Assembly: GCA_005885035.1 (NCBI GenBank)
Contig: VAXZ01000111.1
Span: 1,603-65,602 of the forward strand
From: Actinomycetota bacterium
Lineage (GTDB): Bacteria > Actinomycetota > UBA4738 > HRBIN12
Length of the DNA: 64,000 bases
Reading direction: 5' to 3'
The notes under the pieces are model-generated. The model was not told the DNA's origin. It saw nothing but the letters and a program-made list of their open reading frames with translations, and ran no database searches. Positions 39,526 to 50,406 of this stretch are shown here, in pieces (position 1 is the stretch's first letter; every line of letters begins with the position of its first letter). Made by a program: the position numbers and the translations under genes.

Positions 39526-41070
39526 ATGCATACGGGCCACCCGATCCGTCGCGCGCTGCTCGCCGTCTACGACAAGACCGGGATCGTCGAACTCGCGCAG
39601 GGACTGCGCGAGTTCGACGTCGAGCTGGTCTCGAGCGGCGGAACGGCCGCAGCGCTGCGCGCCGCCGGCCTCGACGTCACCGAGGTCGCGGAAGTGACGG
39701 GGTCGCCGGAGATGCTGGGTGGGCGCGTGAAGACGCTCCACCCGAAGATCCATGCGGGACTGCTCGCCGATCGCCGCAACAAGGACCACGTGGCGCAACT
39801 CCGCGAGCACGCCATCGATCCCTTCGACCTCGTCGTCGTGAACCTCTACCCCTTCCGGGAGACGGTCGCGAGCGGAGCGACCGCCGACGACGTGATCGAG
39901 AAGATCGACATCGGCGGCCCGGCGATGATCCGGGCGGCCGCGAAGAACTTCGAGTCGGTCGGTGTCGTGGTCAGTGCTGATCGCTACGGGTCGGTGCTCG
40001 ACGAGATCGCCCGGGAAGGCGGTCTCACGCGCGCGACCCGTTCCGCGCTCGCGGCCGAGGCCTTCGCCCACACGGCCGCCTACGACGTCGCGATCGCGCG
40101 ATGGTTCGCGGAGCGATCAGCGCCCGACGGCCGGCTGCCGGGGTTCGTGGGTCTCGCCCTCGCGAAGATCTCCGATCTTCGTTACGGCGAGAACCCGCAT
40201 CAACGCGGCGCGCTCTACCGGGAGGCCGGTGGCCCCGGCGTGCTGGGCGGTGCCGAGGTCCTCCAGGGCAAGGAGATGTCGTTCAACAACTGGCTGGACA
40301 CCTGGGCGGCCTACGACCTCGCGATCGCGCTCCCGAAGGATGCGTGCGTGATCGTGAAGCACAACAACCCTTGTGGCGCGGCCGCGCGCGAGAACTGCGC
40401 GGCGTCGTACGCGGCCGCGTACGAGTGCGACAGCGTGAGCGCCTTCGGTGGGATCGTGGCGTTCCATGGCGAGTGCGACGCGCTGGCAGCCGATGCGATG
40501 CGGGACGTGTTCACGGAGGTCGTCGTGGCGCCCGGGTTCTCGGATGACGCGCTCGCGGCGTTCGCCACCCGGCCCAACCTCCGGGTCGTTCGGGCTCCGC
40601 TGGAACGGGCGACAGGCCTCGACGTCCGAACGATCCCCGGAGGAGCGCTCGTCCAAGATGTCGATCTGATGGGGGAGTCACCCTCGGACTTCCGGGTGGC
40701 GTCAACGCGAGAACCCTCGGCGCAGGAACGGGAAGACCTCTCGCTGGCGTGGACGATCGCGTGGCGGGTCAAGTCGAACACGATCGTGTTCGTGCGCGAT
40801 CGTGCGACGGTCGGGATCGGCGCCGGGCAGATGTCGCGCGTCGACGCATCCTGGATCGCCGCGCGGAAAGCCGGGGACCGCGCGAAGGGCGCCGTGCTTG
40901 CCTCCGACGCATTCTTCCCCTTCCCGGACGCGCTGGAGGTCGCCGCCGAAGCGGGCTGCACGGCGGTGATCCATCCGGGAGGGTCGAAGGGAGACCAAGA
41001 GGTCCTCGCGACGGCGGAGGCGCACGGGATGGCGGTGATCATCACCGGGACGCGTCATTTCCGACACTGA
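39526..41070 (+). CDS. purH: Bifunctional AICAR transformylase / IMP cyclohydrolase
   Basis: ATG at 39526 (aa 103). MGS-like domain plus AICARFT domain. 514 aa. Confidence 0.95.
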   Translation: MHTGHPIRRALLAVYDKTGIVELAQGLREFDVELVSSGGTAAALRAAGLDVTEVAEVTGSPEMLGGRVKTLHPKIHAGLLADRRNKDHVAQLREHAIDPFDLVVVNLYPFRETVASGATADDVIEKIDIGGPAMIRAAAKNFESVGVVVSADRYGSVLDEIAREGGLTRATRSALAAEAFAHTAAYDVAIARWFAERSAPDGRLPGFVGLALAKISDLRYGENPHQRGALYREAGGPGVLGGAEVLQGKEMSFNNWLDTWAAYDLAIALPKDACVIVKHNNPCGAAARENCAASYAAAYECDSVSAFGGIVAFHGECDALAADAMRDVFTEVVVAPGFSDDALAAFATRPNLRVVRAPLERATGLDVRTIPGGALVQDVDLMGESPSDFRVASTREPSAQEREDLSLAWTIAWRVKSNTIVFVRDRATVGIGAGQMSRVDASWIAARKAGDRAKGAVLASDAFFPFPDALEVAAEAGCTAVIHPGGSKGDQEVLATAEAHGMAVIITGTRHFRH

Positions 41071-41113
41071 ACGCGCCGTCCGGCTTCAGCATCGCGGCCG
41101 GTAGGATTCCGCC

Positions 41114-41983
41114 GTGACCGCCAGGATCCTCGACGGCAAGACGACCTCCGCGCAGATCCGTTCGGAGGTCGCGGAGCGGGTCCAGGCGTTATCGGACAAG
41201 GGCATCATCCCCGGCCTGGCCGCCGTCCTGGTCGGCGACGACCCGGCCTCCCGGATCTACGTAGGTCAGAAGCACAAGGCATCTGCGGACGTCGGGATCC
41301 GCTCCGAACAGGTGGACCTCCCCGCCTATGTCACGGAGCACGAACTGCTCGCCACGATCCGCCGGCTGAACCGCGACCCCGAGATCCACGGCATCATCGT
41401 CCAGCTGCCGCTACCGGGACATCTGCCGGAGCTCGACATCCAACGCGCGATCTTGCCCGAGAAGGATGTGGACGGTCTTCACCCATGGAACATCGGCATG
41501 ATGGTGCGCCGCGGGCCGTGCTTCCTCCCCGCCACGCCGTACGGGATCGTCGAGCTCCTGCTCCGGTGCGAGGTTCCTCTGGAGGGAGCGGAGGCGACGA
41601 TCGTCGGATACGGCGAGCTGGTAGGGGCGCCCCTGTCGGTGATGCTCACGCAGAACTCGGTCCGAGGCAACGCCACCGTGACGTCCACCCACATCCGCAC
41701 CCGGGATCTTCGCGCCCACACGCTCCGCGCCGACATCCTGGTCGCGGCCGCGGGGGTGCCGCAGCTGATCGGCGCGGACATGGTCAAGCCGGGCGCAACC
41801 GTCGTCGACGTCGGCGTGCACCGGACGGATCACGGGCTGGTCGGTGACGTCCGGTTCGACGAGGTCGCCGAGGTCGCCGGGGCGATCAGCCCCGTCCCCG
41901 GCGGCGTCGGTCCCATGACCGTCGCGATGCTCCTCGTCAACACGGTCCAGGCCGCCGAGGCGCAGGCCTACGGGCGGCCGTGA
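41114..41983 (+). CDS. folD: Bifunctional 5,10-methylene-THF dehydrogenase / methenyl-THF cyclohydrolase
   Basis: ILDGKTTSAQIRSEV...YVGQKHKASADVGI. Confidence 0.95.
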   Translation: MTARILDGKTTSAQIRSEVAERVQALSDKGIIPGLAAVLVGDDPASRIYVGQKHKASADVGIRSEQVDLPAYVTEHELLATIRRLNRDPEIHGIIVQLPLPGHLPELDIQRAILPEKDVDGLHPWNIGMMVRRGPCFLPATPYGIVELLLRCEVPLEGAEATIVGYGELVGAPLSVMLTQNSVRGNATVTSTHIRTRDLRAHTLRADILVAAAGVPQLIGADMVKPGATVVDVGVHRTDHGLVGDVRFDEVAEVAGAISPVPGGVGPMTVAMLLVNTVQAAEAQAYGRP

Positions 41984-42897
41984 CCCGTCCCCCGGGACGC
42001 CTCGCGACGCTGCTCGCTCGCGGGGGGTTCGCCGTCACGGGAGAGATCGTTCCGCCCAAGGGAGCTTCCGGCGACCCCGTCTCCGAGCACGCACGAGGAC
42101 TCGTCGGCTACGTCGATGCAGTCAACCTGACCGACAACCCGGTCGCGAGCGCCCACATGTCGCCCCTCGCGGGCGTGCGTTTCGTCGCGGAGGCGGGGAT
42201 CGAGCCGACCGTGCAGCTCACCGTTCGCGACCGGAACCGCCTGGGGCTCACGGCGGATCTGCTCGGCGCATGGGCTCTGGGCGCGAGGAACGTGTTCTGC
42301 CTTTCCGGCGACCCCGTCCACGTGGGGGACCATCCGGACGCGGCCGTGGTGGGAGACCTGACGGTGGGCGAGGTGATCGGTCTCGCGCGACGGATGCGTG
42401 ACGATGGAACGACCCTCGCGAACACCGAGCTCGCCGACCCTCCCCGCTACCTGATCGGTGTCGCCGACGTGCCGTTCGCGGAGCCGTACGACCCGTCCCG
42501 GCTGGAATCGAAGCTCGACGCGGGCGCGGACTTCGTCACCACGCAGATCGTCTACGACGCCGAGCGCCTGGCTGGATGGGCGGAGGCGATGCGTCCGCGC
42601 GGGCTCTTCGAGCGGGCGAAGGTGATCATCGGGGTCACGCCGCTCCGGAACGCGAAGCAGGCGCGGTTCATGGACGAGAAGCTCCCCGGGGTGCGGGTCC
42701 CGTCGCCGACGATCGCCGCGCTCGAGGCCGCCGGCGAGGACGCCGGCGCCGTCGGGATGGATCTCACGGTCCAGCTGGTCGAAGCGATCCGGACGATCCC
42801 CGACATCGCCGGGATCCACGTGATGGCGATGGGGCATGATGCGGTGACCCGGGACCTGGTCGAGCGGACGGGCCTGTTCCCTCGGCCGACCGTCTAG
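41980..42897 (+). CDS. metF: Methylenetetrahydrofolate reductase family protein
   Basis: TIM-barrel MTHFR family; ATGA overlap with folD. 305 aa. Confidence 0.8.
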   Translation: MTRPPGRLATLLARGGFAVTGEIVPPKGASGDPVSEHARGLVGYVDAVNLTDNPVASAHMSPLAGVRFVAEAGIEPTVQLTVRDRNRLGLTADLLGAWALGARNVFCLSGDPVHVGDHPDAAVVGDLTVGEVIGLARRMRDDGTTLANTELADPPRYLIGVADVPFAEPYDPSRLESKLDAGADFVTTQIVYDAERLAGWAEAMRPRGLFERAKVIIGVTPLRNAKQARFMDEKLPGVRVPSPTIAALEAAGEDAGAVGMDLTVQLVEAIRTIPDIAGIHVMAMGHDAVTRDLVERTGLFPRPTV

Positions 42898-42943
42898 GGC
42901 ACCCGGAGGGCTCCGGCCGGTCAGGAACGAGCGACCGGATCCG

Positions 42944-44059
42944 TCATCGCTCGTCGACCGGGACGTACCTGCGATCTCGCGGTCCGACGTATTCGGAACC
43001 GGGCCGGATGATGCGGTTGTTCGCGTACTGCTCGCGCACGTGCGCGGTCCAGCCGACCATCCTGGCGAGCGCGAAGATCGGCGTCATCAGGTCGGTCGGG
43101 ATCCCGAGCATGTGGTAGACGCCCGCCGCGTACAGGTCGACGTTCGGATAGAGCCCCTTCTGTTCGAAGGTGGTCTCCTCGAGGGCGGAGAAGATCTCGT
43201 ACCACTTCGGTTGGTTCCGTCGCTCACCGAGGTCCTTGCAGAGCTGCTTCAGCACGGTCGCGCGTGGGTCCATCGTCGTGTACACCGCGTGTCCGAATCC
43301 GAAGATCTTCTCCTTCCGTGCGAGGCGGTCCCGGACGTACGCCTCGGCGTTCTCGGGTTTGCCGACCTCCTCGGCCATCTTCTGTGCCTCTTCGTTCGCA
43401 CCGCCGTGGAGCGGCCCTTTGAGTGCTCCGATCGCGCCCGTCATCGCCGAGAACGTGTCGGACAACGTCGACGCGATGATCCTCGCCGTGAACGTGGACG
43501 CGTTCATCGTATGGTCCGCGTAGAGGACGAACGTGGTGTCGAGGACGTCGGCGTCCTTGGGATCCGGTTCCTGCCCGTGGAGCATCCAGAGGAAGTTGGC
43601 GGCGTGCGAGAGGCCGGGATCGGGCGGGATCACCTCGCGTCCCGTCCGGACCCGGTCGAAGGTCGCGATCAGCGTCGGCGTCCCGGCGATCAGCCGCATG
43701 GCCTTGCGGTACTCGGCCTCGGGCGACTCGTCCCATCCGTCCGGGTCGAACGCGGAGGATGCGGACACCGAGGTCCGCAGCATCGACATCGGCGACGTGT
43801 TTTGTGCCAGCGTCGGCATCATCTTCGCGAGGAACGGATGGAGCTCGCGTTCACGGACCAGGAACCGGTTCAGCTTCTCCAGCTCTGCCCTCGTGGGGAG
43901 CTCGAGGTTGTGGAGGAGGTAGATGACCTCCTCGAAGCTGGCGTTGCGAGCGAGGTCCTCGATCTCGTACCCGACGTACCATAGGCGGCCGGCCGCTCCG
44001 TCGATATCGGAGATCCTCGTCTGCGCGGCGATCACCTCGCGCAGCCCCTTGTCGCTCAT
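42944..44059 (-). CDS. Citrate synthase (short, 371-aa type)
   Basis: GFGHAVY and HGGANE catalytic motifs. Confidence 0.95.
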   Translation of the reverse strand: MSDKGLREVIAAQTRISDIDGAAGRLWYVGYEIEDLARNASFEEVIYLLHNLELPTRAELEKLNRFLVRERELHPFLAKMMPTLAQNTSPMSMLRTSVSASSAFDPDGWDESPEAEYRKAMRLIAGTPTLIATFDRVRTGREVIPPDPGLSHAANFLWMLHGQEPDPKDADVLDTTFVLYADHTMNASTFTARIIASTLSDTFSAMTGAIGALKGPLHGGANEEAQKMAEEVGKPENAEAYVRDRLARKEKIFGFGHAVYTTMDPRATVLKQLCKDLGERRNQPKWYEIFSALEETTFEQKGLYPNVDLYAAGVYHMLGIPTDLMTPIFALARMVGWTAHVREQYANNRIIRPGSEYVGPRDRRYVPVDER

Positions 44060-44110
44060 ACCACTCAGGATAGTCGGGCCGGATGCCGTCGGCCGCTACC
44101 CTGACCGACC

Positions 44111-45199
44111 ATGGCGATCCGCGTGACCCTCGTGCCGGGAGACGGGATCGGTCCCGAGGTGATCGGGGCTACCCGTCGAGCGATCGACGCCACCGGCGTT
44201 CCGGTCGAGTGGGATCCGCAGGAGATCGGCGCACGCGCGTTCGTTCGGACCGGCGACCCCTTGCCGAGCGCGACGCTCGATTCGATCAGGGCGAACCGCG
44301 TCGCGCTCAAAGGGCCGGTCGAGACCCCGCCGGCATCCGGGATGCGAAGCGTGAACCTCGCGCTCCGCCGCACGCTGGATCTCTACGCGAACATCCGGCC
44401 CTGCCGCCTCCACGCGGGGGTCCCGTCTCTCTATGACGCGGTCGACCTGGTGGTCGTCCGAGAGAACACCGAGGACACGTACACCGGCATCGAGCTCGAG
44501 ATGGGAACCCCTGCGGTCCAGGAGCTGATCGGCTTCATCGCCGCGACCACGGGAGCGGTCGTTCCGTCGGACAGTGGGATCTCGGTGAAGGAGATCACGG
44601 AGCACGGCAGCGAGCGGATCGCGCGGTTCGCCTTCGGCTACGCGCGCGCGAACGGGCGCGCCAAGGTCACGGCGAGCCATAAAGCGAACATCATGAAGTT
44701 CTCCGACGGGCTCTTCCTCGACGTCGTGCGGCGCGTCGCGAAGGAGTACCCGGAGATCGACTTCGAGGATCGGATCATCGATGCGCTCTGCATGCAGCTG
44801 GTCCAAGCACCCGAGCGGTTCGACGTGCTGGTGCTCCCGAACATGTACGGGGATCTGGTCGCCGAGCTCTGCGCCGGGATGATCGGCGGGCCGGCCGTCG
44901 CGCCGGGTGCACACTTCGGCGGGACGGCAGGACGCGAGCTGGCGGTGTTCGAGGCAACCCATGGGACGGCGCAGAGGCTCGCCGGTGCGAACCGGGCGAA
45001 CCCGGTCGGGGCGATCCTCTCGGGATCCATGATGCTCCGGCACCTGGGAGGAACGAGCGCTGCCGATGCGCTCGAGGCGGCCGTCGTCGAGGTCCTCCGT
45101 GACGGAGCCGATGTGACCCCGGATCTGCGGGCGCCGGGCGATGATCGCCCGACCGTCGCCACGGCGGAGATGACCGACGCCGTGATCGCGCGCCTGTAA
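44111..45199 (+). CDS. Isocitrate/isopropylmalate dehydrogenase family protein (NAD-IDH-like), paralogue 1
   Basis: LVPGDGIGPEV, NLYGDLVAEL; 362 aa. Confidence 0.8.
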   Translation: MAIRVTLVPGDGIGPEVIGATRRAIDATGVPVEWDPQEIGARAFVRTGDPLPSATLDSIRANRVALKGPVETPPASGMRSVNLALRRTLDLYANIRPCRLHAGVPSLYDAVDLVVVRENTEDTYTGIELEMGTPAVQELIGFIAATTGAVVPSDSGISVKEITEHGSERIARFAFGYARANGRAKVTASHKANIMKFSDGLFLDVVRRVAKEYPEIDFEDRIIDALCMQLVQAPERFDVLVLPNMYGDLVAELCAGMIGGPAVAPGAHFGGTAGRELAVFEATHGTAQRLAGANRANPVGAILSGSMMLRHLGGTSAADALEAAVVEVLRDGADVTPDLRAPGDDRPTVATAEMTDAVIARL

Positions 45200-45263
45200 C
45201 TCGCCGATCGCGCGATCGAACGGCCGCTACCATGGCGCGCCTCATGGGACGAGGAGAGAGCGC

Positions 45264-46187
45264 GTGAAGATCACCGTCGTCGGCAGCGGCTTCGTCGGAC
45301 AGACGACGGCGATGCGGCTGCTCGAGAAGGACCTCGGGGAGATCTGTCTGATCGACATCATCGAGGGCAAGCCGCAGGGGCTGGCTTTGGATCTCAACGA
45401 GGCGTCTCCGATCGAGGGCTATCTGCCGCTGATCGCCGGGACGAACGACTACGCGGATACGGCCGGCTCCGACGTCGTCGTGATCACCGCGGGGTTCCCC
45501 CGGCAGCCCGGCATGAGCCGGATGGACCTGTTGGGGAAGAACGCGTCGATCATGACCGACGTGGTCTCGAGCGTCGTGCCCGGCTCGCCGGCCACCATCC
45601 TGATCGTGGTCTCGAACCCGCTGGATGAGATGACCTTCCTTGCAGCGGAGCGGAGCGGGTTCCCGCGTGAGCGTGTCCTCGGGATGGCCGGCGTCCTCGA
45701 TTCGGCGCGCCTCCGCTTCTTCATCGGGCAGGAGCTCGGCGTCCCGCCCAGGGAGGTCGAGGCGATGACGCTCGGCTCGCACGGAGACTCGATGGTCGCC
45801 CTGCCGAGGCATGCGACCGTGAACGGGCGGCCGCTTCCCGAGCTCGTCGACGAGCCGACGCTCGACCGTCTGTTCCGGCGAACGCGCGACGGCGGCGCCG
45901 AGGTCGTGGCGCTCCTCAAGAGCGGCTCCGCTTACTTCGCCCCCAGCGCGGCGATCGCGTCGATGGTGGAGGCCATCGTCAACGACACGAAGGCGACGCT
46001 GCCGGTGTGCGCCTGGGTGACCGGACAGTACGGGATCTCCGACGTTTACGTGGGGGTGCCGGCGCGGCTCGGCCGCGCCGGCGTCGAAGAGATCGTCGAG
46101 CTCGACCTCAACGAGGACGAGCTCGTGAAGCTCCGCGCGGCTGCCGAAGGCATCCGCGCGAAGTGCGCCGACCTCGCGTCGCTCTAG
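45264..46187 (+). CDS. mdh: Malate dehydrogenase (LDH-like type)
   Basis: GTG start, KITVVGSGFVGQTTA, VVVITAGFPRQPGMSR. Confidence 0.95.
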   Translation: MKITVVGSGFVGQTTAMRLLEKDLGEICLIDIIEGKPQGLALDLNEASPIEGYLPLIAGTNDYADTAGSDVVVITAGFPRQPGMSRMDLLGKNASIMTDVVSSVVPGSPATILIVVSNPLDEMTFLAAERSGFPRERVLGMAGVLDSARLRFFIGQELGVPPREVEAMTLGSHGDSMVALPRHATVNGRPLPELVDEPTLDRLFRRTRDGGAEVVALLKSGSAYFAPSAAIASMVEAIVNDTKATLPVCAWVTGQYGISDVYVGVPARLGRAGVEEIVELDLNEDELVKLRAAAEGIRAKCADLASL

Positions 46188-46416
46188 GCCGTACGATCGC
46201 GTTGATGTGGCGGTTCGTGAACCTCACCCGCGTCCATACGAGGAACTTCTTCACGAACTGGTCGACCTACGACGCGCCCGTGGGTACCAAGCTCCGGCTC
46301 ACCGCCAGGAACCGGCTGAAGGCGCTGCGGACGGGGTGTTGTGGCAACCACGGCGAACCCGGCTGCTGACAACTGCCCGCGGATCCCGGTCGGGGTCCCG
46401 AGGATCACCGCCAGCA

Positions 46417-47493
46417 CTAACCGGCGTCGCCGCGGAGCACCTCGTTCGCGAGCGCCTCGCCCATCTCGAGCGTGCTCGCCTGGCCGCCGAGATCCGGTGT
46501 CCGGATCTCGGCGCGGCCGAGCACCCGATCGACGGCTCGCTCGACGGCGTCCGCGGCCCTCAGTTCCCCGAGGTGCCGGAGCATCATCGATCCGGAGAGC
46601 ACCATCGCGATGGGGTTGGCGATCCCTTGCCCGGCGATGTCCGGCGCGCTGCCGTGAACCGGTTCGAACACGGCGTACTCCCAACCGATGTTCGCGCCCG
46701 GGATCAGGCCCAGCCCTCCCACCAAGCCGGCGCAGAGGTCGCTCAGGATGTCTCCGTACAGGTTGGGGAGCAGGAGCACATCGAAGTCCTGTGGCGAGCG
46801 GACGAGCCGGGCAGAGAGGGTGTCGATGTGGACGTCCTCCCAGGCGACGTCCGGATAGTCGCCTGCGTCCGTGCGAGCGGTCTCGAGGAAGATGCCGTCG
46901 GAGTAGCGCATCACGTTCGCCTTGTGGCCGACCGTGACCTTCCGCCGGCGGTTGGCTCGGACGTACTCGAACGCGAAGCGGACGATCCGCCTTGCGCCCG
47001 AGACGCTGATGGGCTTGAGCGTGATCCCGGCGTCCCCGGGGATCTCGAACCCGCCGAGATCGTGGAGCTTCCGGCGGAGGGTCGTCGCGTCGGGCGTACC
47101 TCGTGCGAATTCGATCCCGCGATAGAGGTCCTCCGTGTTCTCGCGGATCACGACGAGGTTGACGCCGTGGTGCCTGGTGGGGACACCGGGGAGCGAACGG
47201 GCCGGGCGGACGGCGGCGAACAGGTCGAGACCCTGCCGCAGGGCCACGTTGACGCTCCGGAACCCATCACCAACCGGGGTGGTGATCGGACCCTTGATCG
47301 CCGTCCGGCATCGCCGGACCGCCTCCAGCGTGCCTTCGGGGAGCAGGGCGCCGTCGGTCTCGAGCGCCGAAGCGCCCGCCGGTCGCTGTTCCCATCCGAG
47401 GTCGACCCCGGTGGCGTCGAGCACCAACCGTGTCGCGGCGGAGACCTCCGGGCCGATACCGTCGCCGGGGATCAGAACCACCTCGTGCGTCAT
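46417..47493 (-). CDS. Isocitrate/isopropylmalate dehydrogenase family protein, paralogue 2
   Basis: LIPGDGIGPEV, NLYGDILSDL; 358 aa. Confidence 0.8.
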   Translation of the reverse strand: MTHEVVLIPGDGIGPEVSAATRLVLDATGVDLGWEQRPAGASALETDGALLPEGTLEAVRRCRTAIKGPITTPVGDGFRSVNVALRQGLDLFAAVRPARSLPGVPTRHHGVNLVVIRENTEDLYRGIEFARGTPDATTLRRKLHDLGGFEIPGDAGITLKPISVSGARRIVRFAFEYVRANRRRKVTVGHKANVMRYSDGIFLETARTDAGDYPDVAWEDVHIDTLSARLVRSPQDFDVLLLPNLYGDILSDLCAGLVGGLGLIPGANIGWEYAVFEPVHGSAPDIAGQGIANPIAMVLSGSMMLRHLGELRAADAVERAVDRVLGRAEIRTPDLGGQASTLEMGEALANEVLRGDAG

Positions 47494-47577
47494 CGAGCGT
47501 GACGCTACCCGATGAAACGAGCGATCCGACCGTCCGTGCTACGGTCGTTCCTCTCGCAGGAAGGGACTGGTGGCGGG

Positions 47578-48336
47578 TCAGAAGCGCTCGAACAGGATCG
47601 CGCGCTTCACCTCCTGGATCGCCTTCGTGACCTCGATGCCTCGCGGACACGCGTCCGTACAGTTGAACGTCGTGCGGCATCGGAAGACCCCGGTCTTCTC
47701 CGAGAGGATCTTCATCCGTTCGCGTCCCGCCTCGTCGCGCGAATCGAAGATGAACCGGTGCGCGTTGACGATGGCGGCCGGTCCGACGTAGGCCCCGTCG
47801 CCCCAGAACACCGGGCACGACGTGGTGCATGCCGCGCAGAGGATGCACTTGGTCGTGTCGTCGTACCGGTGGCGATCCTCCGGCGATTGCCGGCGTTCCT
47901 TCTCTGGTTCGCCCGAGTCGTTGATCAGGTACGGGAGGATCGAGCGGTAGCCGTCCATGAACGGCTCCATGTCGACGATCAGATCCTTCAGAACGGACAG
48001 GCCGCGGATCGGTTCGATCGTGACCCTCGGTGCCACGTCCTGCGCCAACACCTTGCACGCGAGCTGGTTCCGCCCGTTGATCAGCATCGCGTCGGACCCA
48101 CATATCCCGTGGGCGCACGATCGGCGGAAGCTGAGGGTCCCGTCGTGGTGCCACTTGATCTGATGGAGCACCTCGACGAGCCGTTCGAGCGGGTCGCACC
48201 GAACCGACCATTCGTCCCACCATGAGTCCTCGGAGACCTCGGGGTTGAACCGGCGCACCCGGACCGTGAGCGGGATCGTGTCCGTGGTGGGGCGCTCCCG
48301 GTCGGAGGCGTCGAGGACGTCCGCGGCGCTCACCAT
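47578..48336 (-). CDS. sdhB: Succinate dehydrogenase iron-sulfur subunit
   Basis: 2Fe-2S, 4Fe-4S and 3Fe-4S Cys clusters (CAHGICGSD, CILCAACTTSCP, CTDACP). Confidence 0.95.
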   Translation of the reverse strand: MVSAADVLDASDRERPTTDTIPLTVRVRRFNPEVSEDSWWDEWSVRCDPLERLVEVLHQIKWHHDGTLSFRRSCAHGICGSDAMLINGRNQLACKVLAQDVAPRVTIEPIRGLSVLKDLIVDMEPFMDGYRSILPYLINDSGEPEKERRQSPEDRHRYDDTTKCILCAACTTSCPVFWGDGAYVGPAAIVNAHRFIFDSRDEAGRERMKILSEKTGVFRCRTTFNCTDACPRGIEVTKAIQEVKRAILFERF

Positions 48337-49967
48337 CAGTACTTGCGCTCCATCGGCACGTACGGGCCCATCTTCACGGGCTTGTACTCGATGCGGATCG
48401 ACCCGTCAGGCTCCCGATAGGCGAGCGTGTGCTTCAGCCAGTTGGCGTCATCGCGGAGCGGGTGGTCCTCGCGGAAGTGGGCGCCCCGGCTCTCGGTGCG
48501 CTCGAGCGCGCCCGCCACGAGCGCGTCCGCGCAGTCCAGCAGGTAGCCGAGCTCGACCGTCTCCATGAGATCGGTGTTGTACCGGGCTCCCTTGTCGGTG
48601 AGCTCCTTACGGATCTCGCCGGCGTTGTCACCCGTCGTGCGTCCCAAGATGCCGTCGAGGAGCTCCAGGGTCGGCCGCTCCGGATGCTCCCATGGGGTGG
48701 CAAGGTCGGTCTCGCGGACGAACCTGGCCGCGTCGTCTCCGGCTCGACGGCCGAACACCACGAGATCGAGCAGGGAGTTGGTACCCAGTCGATTGGCCCC
48801 GTGGACGGAGACGCACGCGCATTCACCGACCGCGTAGAGGCCCGGCACGACGTCCTCATCCGCGCCCACGACCACGCGGCCGTCGGTGTCGGTTGGGATC
48901 CCCCCCATCGCGTAGTGCGCCGTCGGTTGGATCGGGACCGGCTCCTCCAGGGGTTCCACCTTCAGGTAGATCCGGGCGAACTCCGTGATGTCGGGCAGCT
49001 TCTCCTCGACCACCTTGGGATCCAGGTGGGAGATGTCCAGGTACACCCAGTCGCCGTTGGGTCCGCCGCCGCGGCCCTCCTTGATCTCCTGGTAGATCGC
49101 CCGCGAGACCATGTCCCGTGGTGCCAGGTCCTTGATCGTGGGGGCGTATCGCTCCATGAACCGCTCGCCCTCGCTGTTCAGGACGATGCCGCCTTCGCCG
49201 CGCGCGGCCTCGGACAAGAGCACGCCCAACCGGGCGAGGCCGGTCGGATGGAACTGGAACATCTCCATGTCCTCGAGGGGGATGCCGCGTCGCCACACCA
49301 CGGCGGGTCCGTCACCGGTGAGCGCGTGGGCGTTGGAGGTGACGCGGAACATCCGCCCGTAGCCGCCCGTGGCGAACACCACCGCCTTGGCGCGGAAGAC
49401 GTGGAGCTCCCCGGTCGCGAGCTCGAAGGCGATGATGCCCACGGTGACGCCGGCGTCATCCCGCAGCAGATCCAGGCAGTAGAACTCGTTGAAGAATCGG
49501 ACGTCGCGTTTGACGCACTGCTGGTAGAGCGTCTGCAGGATCATATGCCCGGTCCGGTCCGCCGCGTAGCACGCTCTTTTGACCGGCGCCTCGCCGTGGT
49601 TGCGGGTATGTCCTCCGAACCGCCGCTGGTCGATCCGCCCGTCCGGGGTCCGGTTGAAGGGAAGACCCCAGCGCTCCAACTGATAGATCGCCTCGACGGC
49701 CTCTTCGGTCATCAGCAGTGCCGCCGGCTGATCGACGAGGTAGTCGCCACCCTTCACGGTGTCGAACGCGTGCCACTCCGGCGAGTCCTCCTCGACGTTG
49801 CCGAGCGCGGCGCAGACACCGCCCTGGGCGGCTCCGGTGTGGGAACGGGTCGGATACAACTTGGAGAGCACCGCGGTTCTGCACCGCTCGGAGAGCTCGA
49901 TCGCCGCGCGCAGCCCGCCACCGCCGCCGCCGACCACCACCGCGTCGTACGTATGGGTCGTGGTCAT
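48336..49967 (-). CDS. sdhA: Succinate dehydrogenase flavoprotein subunit
   Basis: ATG at 49967 (aa 116 of the ORF). YDAVVVGGGGGG, RSHTGAAQGG. 543 aa. Confidence 0.95.
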   Translation of the reverse strand: MTTTHTYDAVVVGGGGGGLRAAIELSERCRTAVLSKLYPTRSHTGAAQGGVCAALGNVEEDSPEWHAFDTVKGGDYLVDQPAALLMTEEAVEAIYQLERWGLPFNRTPDGRIDQRRFGGHTRNHGEAPVKRACYAADRTGHMILQTLYQQCVKRDVRFFNEFYCLDLLRDDAGVTVGIIAFELATGELHVFRAKAVVFATGGYGRMFRVTSNAHALTGDGPAVVWRRGIPLEDMEMFQFHPTGLARLGVLLSEAARGEGGIVLNSEGERFMERYAPTIKDLAPRDMVSRAIYQEIKEGRGGGPNGDWVYLDISHLDPKVVEEKLPDITEFARIYLKVEPLEEPVPIQPTAHYAMGGIPTDTDGRVVVGADEDVVPGLYAVGECACVSVHGANRLGTNSLLDLVVFGRRAGDDAARFVRETDLATPWEHPERPTLELLDGILGRTTGDNAGEIRKELTDKGARYNTDLMETVELGYLLDCADALVAGALERTESRGAHFREDHPLRDDANWLKHTLAYREPDGSIRIEYKPVKMGPYVPMERKY

Positions 49968-50404
49968 CCGATGGGTCCCCACCCGGTGGGGTCGAACGTC
50001 ACGACGATGACCGTGCCGAGCACCATCAGCGTGAACCCGATCACGTAGAACGCCATCGTGATCGCGAAGCGCCACCCGGGTGGGCGCACGTAGTCGAGCG
50101 TGATGGTGCGCAGCCCGTTGATCCCGTGCAGCAGCGCGAGCATCAAGAGCATCCAGTCCCACGTCCGCCAGAACGGGCTCTGCCAGCGAACCGCCACGAA
50201 GCCGAAGTTGATCCGATCGACCCCACCCGCCGGCAGATGCATGATCAGCGTGTGCCCGACGGCCAGGACCAGCAGCAGGAGGCCGCTGATCCGCATGAAG
50301 ACCCAGGTCCAAAGCTCGAAGCCGCCGATCGGCCGCCCGCGGCCGAGCGCGGCTTCACGCGCGTCGGGCGGAGCGGCCGGGCGAGGGGACGTGGTGGTCG
50401 CCAT
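49964..50404 (-). CDS. sdhD: Succinate dehydrogenase hydrophobic membrane anchor subunit
   Basis: ATG at 50404; 3 TM helices. 4-nt overlap with sdhA. Confidence 0.8.
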   Translation of the reverse strand: MATTTSPRPAAPPDAREAALGRGRPIGGFELWTWVFMRISGLLLLVLAVGHTLIMHLPAGGVDRINFGFVAVRWQSPFWRTWDWMLLMLALLHGINGLRTITLDYVRPPGWRFAITMAFYVIGFTLMVLGTVIVVTFDPTGWGPIG

Positions 50405-50406
50405 GG

